From an uncultured Verrucomicrobiae bacterium (GTDB lineage: Bacteria; Verrucomicrobiota; Verrucomicrobiia; Chthoniobacterales; Terrimicrobiaceae): DNA of 64,000 nucleotides. Each line of letters begins with the position of its first letter. The stretch's first letter is position 1. Location of the stretch: the NCBI GenBank assembly GCA_963706955.1, contig CAVPOC010000008.1, forward strand, positions 672,001 through 736,000, read 5' to 3'. The notes under the pieces are model-generated. The model was not told where the DNA came from and made no database searches. It was given only the letters and a program-made list of their open reading frames with translations. Positions 20,482 to 31,769 of the stretch are shown here, piece after piece. The translations under genes and the position numbers were made by a program.

Positions 20482-21864
20482 CTATCCTGGAGATACCCAT
20501 GCTGTCGGGTCCAGCGGGACTGCGTTCAGGATTGCTTCAGGAACGCTCATCACTTCCGGAGTTTTGTTAATTTGAACAAAGACGCGACCCTTCTCCTGTT
20601 TACCGATGATTAAACTCCCTATTATCTGTTCACCCGCGCGTGCCTCGGGCGTGTTCTCAGAGAGAACTGACAAGAAGGCGATCTCGCATTGAGGCTGCTC
20701 GAGACCGAAAGCCGCTGCCCTTTCATCAGAGATTGCCTGATAAGCCGAAACTTCTGCCGTGGACACAGCATCGGCGAGCGCCTGGACAGCCGCACTGCTC
20801 GCCGGCCGTTTACTCTCTCCATCATTGACAATCCATCCCCCTTCTTCGCGGCGAAGGGAAAACTCCTTGATGGGCGTACGAATTCGAACGGCGTCCACCA
20901 TATCGAGGTTCAGGGGCAGCAAGCGACGATCGCGAAGGGTCTCCGGGCTGACCTGCAGCAGTTGCGCACTTTCCGGTGGCAACCGGTAAACTGAATCCCG
21001 TGCGGTAAATTGTCCGAAAAGAGTTCCGGACCTATCGGTGCCAAGCCGAAGCGTCTGATGACGGTCGCTACCTTCGGCATAGATGGTAATCTCGTCCCGA
21101 CCCTCAACGATCCCATAGGCACCCAAATCCCCAGAGTCATCTGCCACGAACTCGAGGATACGCAGGCCTAAAACCCTTTTGAGAAAACCCTCCACCTTCT
21201 GCTCATCAGCCAATGCATGGAGCGGCCTGGTAATCCGCCAGCCAGAAGCGTCGCGGAAAGCCTCGATTTCACCGCCATTTCGTCGAACGATAACGCGGTC
21301 GACCTGATCGGGTGAGAGATCTGTCAGCCGCCGATCCCGAAATTCAGCGGGATCGCGAAAGGCGAGCTTCAGCAACTCGTCGCTCACTAGAAAGACATCG
21401 CGCGACAGGTCGGTCCGCACATAGAAGCGTTCTTCGCTAGCAGCATCTTTTCCGAGGAAGACGGTCAGTTTTTCTTCGCCGTCAAATTGAATCGTCCGTT
21501 TGGGATTACGCAATCCAAACGCACTCAGATCGCCGCTCGTCTTGAACTCGCGTGCTGCGATCCGGTCAAAATACTTCATCTCGGCGGCCGACTTCAGCAA
21601 TTCCTCTACCATGGCTGCATCGGCCCGATCCTTGGGTTTGGTGCTGAGTTGCCAGCCGTTGCCGGTACGCTTAATGTCAAATTGGTTAACACCGGTCGAT
21701 ATCCGTATTTCGCGCACTTTGGAGGGATCGAGGCTCAGGACGCGGCCCTGGCGCTGCGCCTCCGCTTTCTCGCGCGTGCTGCTCGTCAACGGCTCGTAGA
21801 TGGCCAGGAAGACGATAGCGGCAAGCGCGAAAGCGCACAGCAAGATTGTCCTGACGAGGCTCAT
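20482..21864 (-). CDS. DUF4340 domain protein
   Basis: N-terminal TM segment and three repeated units (RDRRL...D.V.I...W...ADxxxV..L...L..FGL..P). Last gene of a Gld-like ABC operon. Confidence 0.82.
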   Translation of the reverse strand: MSLVRTILLCAFALAAIVFLAIYEPLTSSTREKAEAQRQGRVLSLDPSKVREIRISTGVNQFDIKRTGNGWQLSTKPKDRADAAMVEELLKSAAEMKYFDRIAAREFKTSGDLSAFGLRNPKRTIQFDGEEKLTVFLGKDAASEERFYVRTDLSRDVFLVSDELLKLAFRDPAEFRDRRLTDLSPDQVDRVIVRRNGGEIEAFRDASGWRITRPLHALADEQKVEGFLKRVLGLRILEFVADDSGDLGAYGIVEGRDEITIYAEGSDRHQTLRLGTDRSGTLFGQFTARDSVYRLPPESAQLLQVSPETLRDRRLLPLNLDMVDAVRIRTPIKEFSLRREEGGWIVNDGESKRPASSAAVQALADAVSTAEVSAYQAISDERAAAFGLEQPQCEIAFLSVLSENTPEARAGEQIIGSLIIGKQEKGRVFVQINKTPEVMSVPEAILNAVPLDPTAWVSPG

Positions 21865-23339
21865 GCTCGTCGACGCGACCAGACGATCAACCCGGCCAGC
21901 GCCGCCATGGCGGGCATGACGACGATTGTATAGAAAGCAATCGAGCTCAACTCCGCGTCGCTCAAGTGCAATGAGAAGTGCTGCACCGTCTTGGGCACAA
22001 CCCCGGTCAACTGCCCGCGGTCAAGCAGCCAGTTCATCGAACTGAGAAGAAAGTCGAGCCCCTGCTGATTGAGGGCAGCATCCAACACAAACTCGCTGTT
22101 GCCGACCGCCACGAGTTTTGCCGATTCGACTTCCACCCGCTCGTCTTTGACACCGCCGCGGGCGGCGGCGATGGCCACGTAGATCGGCTGCCCGGCGTCC
22201 CTGCCTTCATCATAGCGGACACCCTTCTTCTCATCTGTGACGTAGTCGGTTTCACCCCAAAATTCCTCCCCCGCTTGAATGAGCGGCCAGATCTGGACTC
22301 CGGCGGCCTGCGACTGCGCCGTATCGAAAGTGAGCGACTCCGTGGCTCCTGGCAAAAGGATATTGATGCCTACCATACGCTTGGTGATCGCGTTTTTTGG
22401 CAGAAACCCAGCGGTCACTTCTCGCAGGATTCCCGTAGCGAAAGGCAGCCGGACTGTGCGGAGAACACGGTTCTCCAAGGGGATGACTCCCGCTTGCTTG
22501 AGAATCGAGTTGAGTCGCGGCGTTTGGGCTTTCGGATCGAGTAAAACCAGCAGACGGGCGTTAGCCTTCCAGTAATTTGTCAGGATATTGGCCTCACGCT
22601 CTTCGATGTCGACCTGGGGAGCCACAATCACCACCGCCGCACAATCAGACGGCGCTGCATCCAAGGAGGCGAAGGAAAGCGGGGCCGCGCTGACATTCTG
22701 CCTCTCAATGTAATCTTTAAACACCCCTAGAGGCGTTCCCGCTCCGATGGTCGGCTCGCCGTGGCCTTCGAGAAAATAGACCTTCAATCGGTCTGGACTG
22801 ATGAGCGCAATCATCCCATTGGTCAACGCCTGTTCGCCCTTGAAATCCAGTAAACGGGGCGGCTCGCCAGCCTCAAGCGGACCCAGGTCGAAGTCGGCCA
22901 TCTCCGAGACCGGGACAAACTTAGAACGACCATCGTAGTCCAAGATCACGACATTCTCTGAAGCGCTAAATTTGTACTGCTCCTGAAGCTCGCGCGCTCG
23001 GGAAAGATCGCGAGTCGGATCAACATATTCGACCTCAATTTTGTTCCGGCCGGAAAAGATCAGCTCCTTGAGAAGATTCTGGACGTCGGGAAAGAGCGCC
23101 GTCTCCGGCGAGAGAACCGTCGGCGAGAAAAAGACCGTCACGCGGACAGGCTTCTTCAACTCGCGGAGCACGCGCTTGGTCTGGTCAGAGAGGACGAACT
23201 TTTGCGACCGCGAAAAGTCCGCGCGCGCATAATGATTAAAGCTGAAATAGTTGACCGCCAGCAGGAGCACCAGCATCGCCAGGACTTGCAAACCGACGGT
23301 TAATCGGATCGTCTTGCGCGGAATGCCTAGCTTTTCCAT
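21861..23339 (-). CDS. GldG family ABC transporter auxiliary protein
   Basis: DFS...LSDQT, VEYVDP, GEQALT and YFLEGHGE motifs, C-terminal TM followed by RRR. Confidence 0.88.
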   Translation of the reverse strand: MEKLGIPRKTIRLTVGLQVLAMLVLLLAVNYFSFNHYARADFSRSQKFVLSDQTKRVLRELKKPVRVTVFFSPTVLSPETALFPDVQNLLKELIFSGRNKIEVEYVDPTRDLSRARELQEQYKFSASENVVILDYDGRSKFVPVSEMADFDLGPLEAGEPPRLLDFKGEQALTNGMIALISPDRLKVYFLEGHGEPTIGAGTPLGVFKDYIERQNVSAAPLSFASLDAAPSDCAAVVIVAPQVDIEEREANILTNYWKANARLLVLLDPKAQTPRLNSILKQAGVIPLENRVLRTVRLPFATGILREVTAGFLPKNAITKRMVGINILLPGATESLTFDTAQSQAAGVQIWPLIQAGEEFWGETDYVTDEKKGVRYDEGRDAGQPIYVAIAAARGGVKDERVEVESAKLVAVGNSEFVLDAALNQQGLDFLLSSMNWLLDRGQLTGVVPKTVQHFSLHLSDAELSSIAFYTIVVMPAMAALAGLIVWSRRRA

Positions 23340-24082
23340 CGACGGTACTGGAAGACATGGAGCGTGAGGAAAAGCGTAAAGCACGTCATGCTCAGGTAGA
23401 AAACGATCGGTCGCGTATCGAAAAGCCCTCGCGAAAACTCGCCCATGTGCTCAATCGTTGAGAAGTAATAAATAGCCTCCCGTAGCGCCGAACTCGCCTT
23501 CAAGAACAGAAACGAGAGAAGACCCAAAAAAAACATCAGGGATATCACCGCAAAAGTTACCGTCGCGGCGACGATCTGATTCTTGGTCATGGCCGATGCC
23601 AGGCATCCGATGGAGAGGTAAAACATTCCCACCAGAAGCAACATTAAGTAGGCGCCAAGATACGCCCCGGCGGATTCCGCAGCGCTTTGGCCCGAGATCC
23701 AGCGAAAGATGGCAAAGTAGAGCAGACTCGGAGCCCATAAGATAAGGTAGAAAAACAGACTGCCCAGAAACTTGGCCAAAACCACCTGTCCATCGCGCAC
23801 GGGCGCGGTCATCAATGTCTCGATCGTTCCAAGCTTATATTCCTCGCTGAACAGTCGCATGGTCAACAGCGGGAAAAGGAGGATGAAGGGAAACCAGAAG
23901 AGGACCGTGTTAAAAAATGCTTCAACCACCGAGGTCTGACTCGGTTCTCGATTCAAGGCGAGAAGACCGGCGTGAAAATTCGCCGCGGTCAGGAGCAAGA
24001 AAAAGAACAACACGATGTAGGCCAAGGGCTGATGGAAGTAGTGGCGAACCTCCCGGCCCAGCAAAGTCAAGAAGCGCTTCAT
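23327..24082 (-). CDS. ABC-2 permease (GldF-like)
   Basis: PLLTMRLFSEEYKLGTIETLMTAPV and SAMTKNQIVAA motifs. Confidence 0.9.
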   Translation of the reverse strand: MKRFLTLLGREVRHYFHQPLAYIVLFFFLLLTAANFHAGLLALNREPSQTSVVEAFFNTVLFWFPFILLFPLLTMRLFSEEYKLGTIETLMTAPVRDGQVVLAKFLGSLFFYLILWAPSLLYFAIFRWISGQSAAESAGAYLGAYLMLLLVGMFYLSIGCLASAMTKNQIVAATVTFAVISLMFFLGLLSFLFLKASSALREAIYYFSTIEHMGEFSRGLFDTRPIVFYLSMTCFTLFLTLHVFQYRRWKS

Positions 24083-24209
24083 CTGATTGCCGGCTTGTTT
24101 CTGAGCGTGCTCACTTCCACGGGCGCAACGCGAGCCGAGCCAGTGGCACGGGTGCTTTGAGCGAACACTACTCGGTCATGAGGAGAGAGCATCGGCGTTC
24201 GACTCCCGC

Positions 24210-25142
24210 TCATTCCTGTTCTTCGGCGTGGGTCACCTCGGCAAAGACCTGTTCCAAGGTGGCACTTCGGCGGGTTAACTCACGGACGGGCCAGCCCTCC
24301 TTGACGGCAAACGCATGCACAATTTCGCGGGGATCGCTCTCGACATGAAGCGTAAAGCGCGTCCAATCTCCCAGCTTCTTTTGGACGGCATCTTTCACAC
24401 CGTGCAAGGCCCGCAGCTTGGCGATGGCGTGAGGGTCCTCCGTCCGAGCTTCCAAAATAACTTCCCCCTCCGATCCCACGCGTGAACGCAAATTTTCGGG
24501 AGTATCAAGAACCTCAATGCGGCCCTTGTTAATAATGATGACGCGCGAGCAAGTCATTTCCACCTCCGAAAGGATGTGGGTTGAGAGGAGAATCGTATGA
24601 TGCCGGCGCAGGTTCTTGATGAGCTCACGCACTTGACGGATTTGATTCGGATCCAAACCGATCGTGGGCTCGTCAAGAATCAGGAGCTCCGGTTCGTGGA
24701 TCATCGCGTCCGCCAGGCCAACCCGCTGGCGGAACCCCTTTGACAAGGTGGAAATCATTTTTCGCTCCACCTCGGCCAAACCACAAAGGTCCGACACATC
24801 CGCGAGACGCTCCTTGACTCGACGGCCGGGAACGCCTTTGAGAGCCGCGCGAAATGCGAGATATTCGTTGACCCGCATGTCGTGGGGCAGCGGAACATGC
24901 TCCGGCATGTAGCCGATATGCTCCCGCGCCCGTAGCGACTCTCTAAAGACGTCGCACCCAGCCACTTCAGCGCGTCCCGACGTGGGCGGAAGGTAGCATG
25001 CCAGCATTCGCACTGTCGTGCTCTTGCCCGCGCCATTCGGCCCGAGCATTCCGACAATCTCCCCCTTTTCGACCTCGAAATCGATCGCGTCGACTGCCGT
25101 AACGCTGCCATACCGCTTGGTGAGCCGTTCAACTTTGATCAT
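24210..25142 (-). CDS. ABC transporter ATP-binding protein (GldA-like)
   Basis: GPNGAGKST, LSKGFRQR, LILDEPT and STH motifs. Confidence 0.94.
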   Translation of the reverse strand: MIKVERLTKRYGSVTAVDAIDFEVEKGEIVGMLGPNGAGKSTTVRMLACYLPPTSGRAEVAGCDVFRESLRAREHIGYMPEHVPLPHDMRVNEYLAFRAALKGVPGRRVKERLADVSDLCGLAEVERKMISTLSKGFRQRVGLADAMIHEPELLILDEPTIGLDPNQIRQVRELIKNLRRHHTILLSTHILSEVEMTCSRVIIINKGRIEVLDTPENLRSRVGSEGEVILEARTEDPHAIAKLRALHGVKDAVQKKLGDWTRFTLHVESDPREIVHAFAVKEGWPVRELTRRSATLEQVFAEVTHAEEQE

Positions 25143-25338
25143 CTCGGGAGTTGTTCCGTTTAGCGCGAGATCTCTTCGCTTTCAAGTGACACCGTTTCAA
25201 ATCGCCGATGCCACAAGCATTTGCCACCAATCCGACAACACTGCCTGCTTGCGAAAATGCAATTCTTCCCTCACACTGAAACTTCCCTATGAAGCGACCC
25301 ATCGCCGCGATCGAGGGACACTAACCTAGCCATTGCAT

Positions 25339-28087
25339 ATGAGGTACTTTTACCGCCCGGTGGAGCGAGGGACTGATTGACGATAACTATGAACGCTGGC
25401 GCTCCAATCCTCAATCTGTCGATCCCGATTGGGCGGCTTTTTTCGAGGGTTTCGAGCTGGGTTTTGCGAAAAGCGAAGAAAATGGAGAAACTGCGACCGC
25501 AGAGTCCACACCCGGAACGCTGCCCGACAGCAGCCTGCAAACGCGAGTCGAGGCGCTCGTTTATGCCTACCGCACCCTTGGTCACACCATCGCAGATCTC
25601 GATCCCCTTGACCTCCTCAAACGCTCCAACCCTCTCCTGAGTCTCAAGGAGCTCGGTTTTGAGGAAAGGGAGCTCGATTTGGTCGTCTCCTCACGCTTCT
25701 TCAGAGAAGGCAAGAAGATGAAGCTGCGCGAGATGATTCGCGAGCTCGAGGCAAACTACTGCGGCACAGTTGGCGCGGAATTCATGCACATCCAAAACCC
25801 GCGCATGCGCACGTGGGTGCTTTATAAACTGGAAAATCGTGACGCTTCCTTGCGGACCGACGCGGCCGTTCACCGCGATATCCTCCGCAAGCTCTACGAA
25901 GCCGAGACCTTTGAGAATTTCCTCCATACAAAGTACGGCGGAAAGCGCTTCTCCCTTGAAGGCGGTGAAGCCTTGATCCTGGCTCTCGATACGATCGTCC
26001 AGAACTGCGAGCGGCGTGGGATTAGGGAGATCATCATGGGCATGGCGCACCGCGGCCGGCTGAACGTTCTCGCCAATGTCCTCAACAAGCCGCTGGACGT
26101 TATCTTCAATGAGTTCCAGGGAAATTTTGCGCCGGACTCGGTTGGTGGAAACGGCGACGTGAAATATCACCTCGGTTATCGCAATGTTCGGAAGACCGCC
26201 ACCGGATATGAGGTGGAAATCAATCTGGCGGCCAATCCCAGCCATCTTGAAGCCGTCGATCCGGTGGTCGAGGGTAAGGCCCGTGCACGTCAGCGTGTCC
26301 TTGACGATACCGCCTACCGCAAAAAGGTGGTTCCGATTCTCATCCATGGAGACGCGGCTTTTATTGGCCAGGGTGTGGTTGCCGAAACTTTCAACATGTC
26401 GCAGCTCCCGGGCTATTCCACTGGCGGGACCATCCATTTCGTCGTCAATAACCAGATCGGCTTCACGACCCTGCCAGCCGATTCTCGCTCGAGTGAATAT
26501 TGCACGGAGATCGCCAAAATGGTCGATGCGCCGATCTTCCATGTGAACGGTGAAGACCCGATCGCGGTCATGGAGATGTCTAAGATCGCATTGGAATTTC
26601 GCCACGAGTTCGGTCGCGACGTTGTCGTGGACATCTATTGCTACCGGCGCCATGGGCACAACGAGGGCGACGAACCCGCCTTTACCCAGCCTGACCTCTA
26701 CGGCCGGATCAAGAATCATCCGCTGCCCAGCGAAGTCTTTTTGAACCAGATTGCTTCGCTCGCGACGCTTTCCGCCGAGGAAGCTGCGGCCCTCAAAGCG
26801 GAATCGCTTAAGGAGCTGGACGATGCCCTCTCGCAAGTCAAGCTGGCTGCCGCCGAGAAGGCAAAGGCGCATGAATTTGCGGGATCTACCGCTATTTTCC
26901 AGCCACCGTACTCGCACGCGCCGATTACCACTGCGATCACCAAGGAGACTCTCGATACGGTCGCCAAGGCGCTGACCACGGTCCCGGAAGACTTCCGCGT
27001 GCTCCCGAAGATTAAGCGAATCCTGCTCGAGCGCCGCCTGCAAGTCTGGAAGGCAGGCGGCCCCTACAACTGGGCTTTTGGCGAGGCGCTCGCTTTCGGC
27101 TCCCTCTTGCTGGAAGGCACTCCGGTGCGGCTGTCGGGTCAGGATAGCCGCCGCGGCACCTTTAGCCAACGCCACAGCGTCCTGTATGATGAGGACAACC
27201 GGCAACGCTATATTCCTCTGAACCATCTTCGCCCAAATCAGGCTCGCTTTTGCGTCTATAACAGCCCCCTTTCCGAGTACGCGGTACTCGGATTCGATTA
27301 CGGCTATTCGATGGACTTCCCGTCGCAGCTCTACCTTTGGGAGGCTCAGTTCGGCGACTTTGCCAACGGCGCTCAGATCATTATCGATCAATTTATCGCA
27401 CCATCGGAATCGAAGTGGCGCCGCCCAAGTGCGATCACCCTGCTCCTCCCTCACGGCTATGAAGGGCAGGGTCCCGAGCATTCGAGTGCTCGTCTCGAGC
27501 GGTTCCTGCAACTTTGCGCGGAAGAGAACATGCAGGTCTGCTACCCGACCACACCCGCGCAATACTTTCACGTTCTGCGCCGCCAGATGCATCGCAAGTA
27601 CCGAAAGCCGCTGATCCTGATGACTCCAAAGAGCCTGCTCACACACGAGCAAGCCGTCTCTACCGAGTCGGATTTCACCGACTCGCGCTTTTTCGAGATC
27701 CTGACGGATTCCGAGGCCTCCGCAAAGAAAGTTGAGCGTGTGATCTTCTGTTCGGGCAAGGTGTATTACGACCTCGTCAAATATCGGAAGGAAAACAACC
27801 TCACCGATGCGGCCGCGATCATTCGCATCGAGCAGCTCTATCCGCTCTACAAGGAAAAGGTCGCCCGCCTGGTGAAGCCCTTCATCAATGCCAAGAAATT
27901 CATCTGGTGTCAGGAGGAGCCCGAGAACATGGGCGCTTGGACGTTTGTCCTCCCGCAACTGCTAAACCTCTTCCCCGGCTACATCCACTATGCTGGTCGT
28001 CCGGCAAGTGCCAGCCCGGCAACGGGAACCATCCAAGCCCACCAGGCGCAGCAGGCCGCCCTCGTCAAGCAGGCCTTCGAAGTCTAG
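25339..28087 (+). CDS. sucA: 2-oxoglutarate dehydrogenase E1, with an apparent extra base just after the start codon
   Basis: The frame is open from 25343 (GTFTARWSEGLIDDNYERWRSNPQSVDPDWAAFFEGF). ATG 25339 is one base out of frame. KRFSLEG, GMAHRGRLN, GDVKYHLG, HGDAA and PHGYEGQGPEHSS motifs. Restored length is 915 aa. Confidence 0.96.
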
Positions 28088-28105
28088 TAGTCCTCATCCC
28101 CCTTT

Positions 28106-29227
28106 ATGAACGTCGAAGTCAAAGTTCCTACGGTTGGCGAGTCCATCACCTCTGGTATTCTCTCCACGTGGCATAAGAAGGACGGCGAAGCCGTGGCCTC
28201 CGGTGACGTGCTCTTTACGCTGGAGACCGACAAAGTCTCTACCGAGGTAAATGCGCCCGAGTCGGGAATTTTGAGGACCCAAGTCGCTGAAGGAGACGAG
28301 GTCAAAATCGACCAGGTCGTTGCCATAATCGAACCCGGCGGGGCCCCGGCGGAGAAGTCCGCGGAGCCTGCCAAACCTGAGCCTGCGGCCGCAGCACCGC
28401 CAGCGGAAGCTCCGAAAGCTCCCCAAGCCCCACCGCCAACACCCGCGGCGCCGCCGCCAGCGCTTGCGGCTCCAGCTAGGAAAGAAGAAGCACCAGCGGC
28501 CAAACCAAAGATTGCTGCGCCGGATGATCCCCGCACGACGCGGAAGAAGCTGACACCGCTGCGCCGCAAGATCGCCGCCCAGTTGGTGATGGCTCAGCAC
28601 ACGGCTGCCATCCTTACCACCTTCAACGAGTGCGATATGAGCGGAGTCATGGCTCTTCGCAAACAAATGCAGGAGGAGTTTACAAAGAGACACGGAGTCA
28701 AGCTTGGCTTCATGTCTTTCTTCATTAAATCGGTGGTCGACGCACTCAAAGCGGTCCCGGCCATCAATTCGCGGATGGACGGAGACGATCTCGTCCAAAA
28801 CAAATACTACGACATTGGGGTGGCCGTCGGGACCGAGCGAGGGCTGATCGTCCCGGTGCTCCGCAACTGCGATGAGAAGTCTTTTAGCGAGATCGAGGGC
28901 GACTTGGTGGGATTTGCCGTCAAAGCCCGCGAGGGAAAAATCGGCCTCGATGACCTTCAAGGGGGCGTGTTTACCATCTCAAACGGAGGAGTCTACGGAT
29001 CGCTGTTGAGCACTCCGATCTTGAATCCGCCTCAAAGCGGCATCCTCGGCATGCACAAGATCCAGGAGCGCCCCGTCGCGGAGAAAGGCCAGGTTGTCAT
29101 TCGCCCCATGATGTTTTTGGCTCTGAGTTACGATCACCGGGTCGTGGACGGCAAGGAAGCTGTCACCTTCTTGATTCGCGTGAAGGACTGTATCGAGAAT
29201 CCCGCGCGACTCCTGCTCGGCACCTGA
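28106..29227 (+). CDS. sucB: dihydrolipoamide succinyltransferase (E2)
   Basis: Lipoyl motif ETDKV, Pro/Ala linker, FTISNGG and YDHRVVDG. Confidence 0.97.
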   Translation: MNVEVKVPTVGESITSGILSTWHKKDGEAVASGDVLFTLETDKVSTEVNAPESGILRTQVAEGDEVKIDQVVAIIEPGGAPAEKSAEPAKPEPAAAAPPAEAPKAPQAPPPTPAAPPPALAAPARKEEAPAAKPKIAAPDDPRTTRKKLTPLRRKIAAQLVMAQHTAAILTTFNECDMSGVMALRKQMQEEFTKRHGVKLGFMSFFIKSVVDALKAVPAINSRMDGDDLVQNKYYDIGVAVGTERGLIVPVLRNCDEKSFSEIEGDLVGFAVKAREGKIGLDDLQGGVFTISNGGVYGSLLSTPILNPPQSGILGMHKIQERPVAEKGQVVIRPMMFLALSYDHRVVDGKEAVTFLIRVKDCIENPARLLLGT

Positions 29228-29469
29228 TGCGGGTGCGGAGAGCAAGGTGGTAGAAGCTGGCGCACGTTCGCATCTCGATCGCGTGGAGCCCCAGCCTGCC
29301 GCGCACGATGCTCGCCATTGGTTGCAGTAAATGAATTGGCAAGACTCAGCGCCCGCGATATACCAGCCCGCGTATTGTATTTTGCGGTAGCGGTATCCCC
29401 GCCGCCGTGGGATCAAAGTTTTTCGGCCGTGAGGACACGGTCGCCACAAAAAGGGTCTGCTTCTGCAGG

Positions 29470-30774
29470 ATGAAAGTCATTCGTCATTACGATTCGGGTT
29501 ACGCCAAGTTCCTCAAGCAACTGAACCGTCGTCCGATACCCGACGCGGAAGTTAGCAAGACCGTATCTGAAATCCTCCAGGCAGTCGGCCAGGAAGGGGA
29601 TTCAGCGCTGATACGTTTCACCGAAAAGTTCAGCGGACCGCGTTTGAAGACGGCGCAGCTTCGCGTCGACTCCGATGAACTCGCCGCTGCACGCGCGGCT
29701 CTGCCCCGGGAGGTTAGGGAAGCGATCCGTTCGGCCAAGAGAAACGTCCGCGCGTTTGCCCGACGAAGCCTTCGCAAGAGCTGGTTCATGAGGAACAGGC
29801 AAGGCGCGATTGTCGGCGAAAGATTTGACGCGTTTCGCCGGGTTGGAATTTATGTCCCGGGCGGCACCGCCCCGCTAGTTTCGACGGCGGTAATGACCTG
29901 CACACTCGCCCAGGCAGCCGGTGTGCCAGAAATCGTTGCGGCAACACCACCGAGAGCAGACGGATCACTGCAAGACGCCTTGCTGGGCGCTCTCGCCGAA
30001 TGCGGCGCCACCGAAGTTTATCGTGTCGGAGGCGCGCAAGCTATCGCTGCACTTGCCCTCGGCACCGCGACAATCCCCTCGGTGGACAAAATTTTTGGCC
30101 CGGGCAATGCCTTTGTCATCGAAGCCAAACGCCAGGTTTTTGGAACTGTTGGCGTCGACCTTCTCCCTGGCCCAAGCGAAATCCTTATCATCGCTGATGA
30201 ATCTGCCGAGCCGGACTGGATCGCAGCCGACTTGCTCGCCCAGTCTGAGCACGGGAAAGGCAGTATCGCAATCCTCTTGACCGACTCGAGCCGCGTGCTC
30301 GATGCCGTAGCTGCTTCTCTCCGGAGGCAAGTTAATCTCTCGGGACGAAGGAATGAGCTCGGCCTCGCCTTGAGGAATGCGAAGCTTGTTTTGGTTCGCG
30401 AACTGAAAGAGGCTGTAGCCCTCGCCAATGAATTCGCCGCCGAGCATGTAGCCATTGCCACGAAGCGGCCTGGCGAAATTGCTCTGGGACTCACAACCTC
30501 AGGAGCGATTTTCATGGGATCGATGTCGCCGGTTGTCGCAGGAGATTTTCTCGCCGGTCCGAGTCATGAGCTTCCCACGGGGGGTGCTGGAAAAGGCTTT
30601 GCCGGCCTGACTGCCGATCAGTTCCAGCATCGCACCAGCGTAGTCATGTTCGACGAACCTTCACTCCGCGCGTCGTTGCGCACGATCGAAACCTTCAGCA
30701 AAGTCGAAGGACTCGATGCCCACGCACGTTCGGCCTCAATTCGACTCCGCGACGGCCAAGGGAAAGTCCCCTAA
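29470..30774 (+). CDS. hisD: histidinol dehydrogenase
   Basis: YVPGG, GGAQAIAALA, FGPGN, GPSE, QSEH and GPSHELPT motifs. Confidence 0.96.
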   Translation: MKVIRHYDSGYAKFLKQLNRRPIPDAEVSKTVSEILQAVGQEGDSALIRFTEKFSGPRLKTAQLRVDSDELAAARAALPREVREAIRSAKRNVRAFARRSLRKSWFMRNRQGAIVGERFDAFRRVGIYVPGGTAPLVSTAVMTCTLAQAAGVPEIVAATPPRADGSLQDALLGALAECGATEVYRVGGAQAIAALALGTATIPSVDKIFGPGNAFVIEAKRQVFGTVGVDLLPGPSEILIIADESAEPDWIAADLLAQSEHGKGSIAILLTDSSRVLDAVAASLRRQVNLSGRRNELGLALRNAKLVLVRELKEAVALANEFAAEHVAIATKRPGEIALGLTTSGAIFMGSMSPVVAGDFLAGPSHELPTGGAGKGFAGLTADQFQHRTSVVMFDEPSLRASLRTIETFSKVEGLDAHARSASIRLRDGQGKVP

Positions 30775-30777
30775 ACC

Positions 30778-31614
30778 GTGATCTGGAAACTGAGGCGACA
30801 CTCGTTCGACCTGACTCGGCGAGGGGTCATCATGGGCGTGCTTAACGTCACACCCGATTCGTTTTCCGATGCCGGTAAATTTCTTGAATCGGAAGCCGCC
30901 ATCGCCCACGCCCTGCGCATGGAGTCAGAAGGTGCCGAGATCATCGACATCGGTGGAGAGTCTACGCGGCCGGGAGCCGAGCCAGTCGAAGCCGAAGAGG
31001 AACTTCGGCGGATCATTCCCGTAATCGAAGGTCTCCGGGCGCGCAGCCAGGTGGTCATTTCCATCGACACCTCAAAAGCGGCCGTCGCCGAGGCAGCCAT
31101 CGAGCTCGGCGCCGAAATCATCAATGATGTCACCGCGCTGCGCGGCGACCCACGCATGCCAGTAGTGGCGGCCAAATCCGGCGCCGGAGTCGTTCTGATG
31201 CATATGCAAGGAGAGCCGCGCACGATGCAGGAAAAGCCCGACTACAAGGATGTCACCGCAGAGGTGGCTGAATTCCTTAGACAGCGCGTTTCGGTCGCGA
31301 TAGGCTACGGGATGGCCGCGGAACGGATGGCGATTGATCCAGGGATCGGTTTTGGGAAAACGGCAGAACACAACGCGGCTTTGCTCCGATCGCTGGACCG
31401 AGTCGTTCAAATAGGCCCGCCGGTGCTGATAGGTGTCTCGCGGAAATCGTTCCTTCGCTGGCTCGCGCAGGCGCCCTCCACTACCGAGAGGTTTTGGCCA
31501 GGAATTGCCCTCACCAGCTTTTGCCGAGAGAAAGGCGCACGCCTCTTTCGGGTTCATGATCCCAAGCCTCACCGGGAGGCTCTACGAATGACCGAAGCAA
31601 TTTGCCTGGGCTGA
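30778..31614 (+). CDS. folP: dihydropteroate synthase
   Basis: NVTPDSFSD, GGESTRPG, DPGIGFGK, GVSRKS and RVHD motifs. Confidence 0.97.
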   Translation: MIWKLRRHSFDLTRRGVIMGVLNVTPDSFSDAGKFLESEAAIAHALRMESEGAEIIDIGGESTRPGAEPVEAEEELRRIIPVIEGLRARSQVVISIDTSKAAVAEAAIELGAEIINDVTALRGDPRMPVVAAKSGAGVVLMHMQGEPRTMQEKPDYKDVTAEVAEFLRQRVSVAIGYGMAAERMAIDPGIGFGKTAEHNAALLRSLDRVVQIGPPVLIGVSRKSFLRWLAQAPSTTERFWPGIALTSFCREKGARLFRVHDPKPHREALRMTEAICLG

Positions 31615-31769
31615 GATGCAATTGCTTACATTTTGCGCTAAATTCCAAGCAACGACGCCTCACTTCTCCACATTGCCGCTTGCTGATCGCGGAGGTAACC
31701 GCAACGGAGAGGGTGAGGGCTTCGTTGGCTCGCCGAGAGCTTCGACTATCAACATCGGACCAAATGTGA

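Noticed and set aside
20482..25142. Gliding motility system
   Set aside because: The GldA/F/G-like plus DUF4340 ABC cassette is widespread in non-gliding bacteria, and no other gld or spr genes are present.
25691..27958. 755-aa minus-strand ORF, and similar long antisense ORFs such as 35700-37091, 28094-28960 and 7848-8657
   Set aside because: They lie antisense to well-conserved genes and have no motifs. Such ORFs are expected from codon bias in GC-rich DNA.
28340..28510. Pro/Ala low-complexity stretch in sucB
   Set aside because: This is an ordinary E2 interdomain linker.
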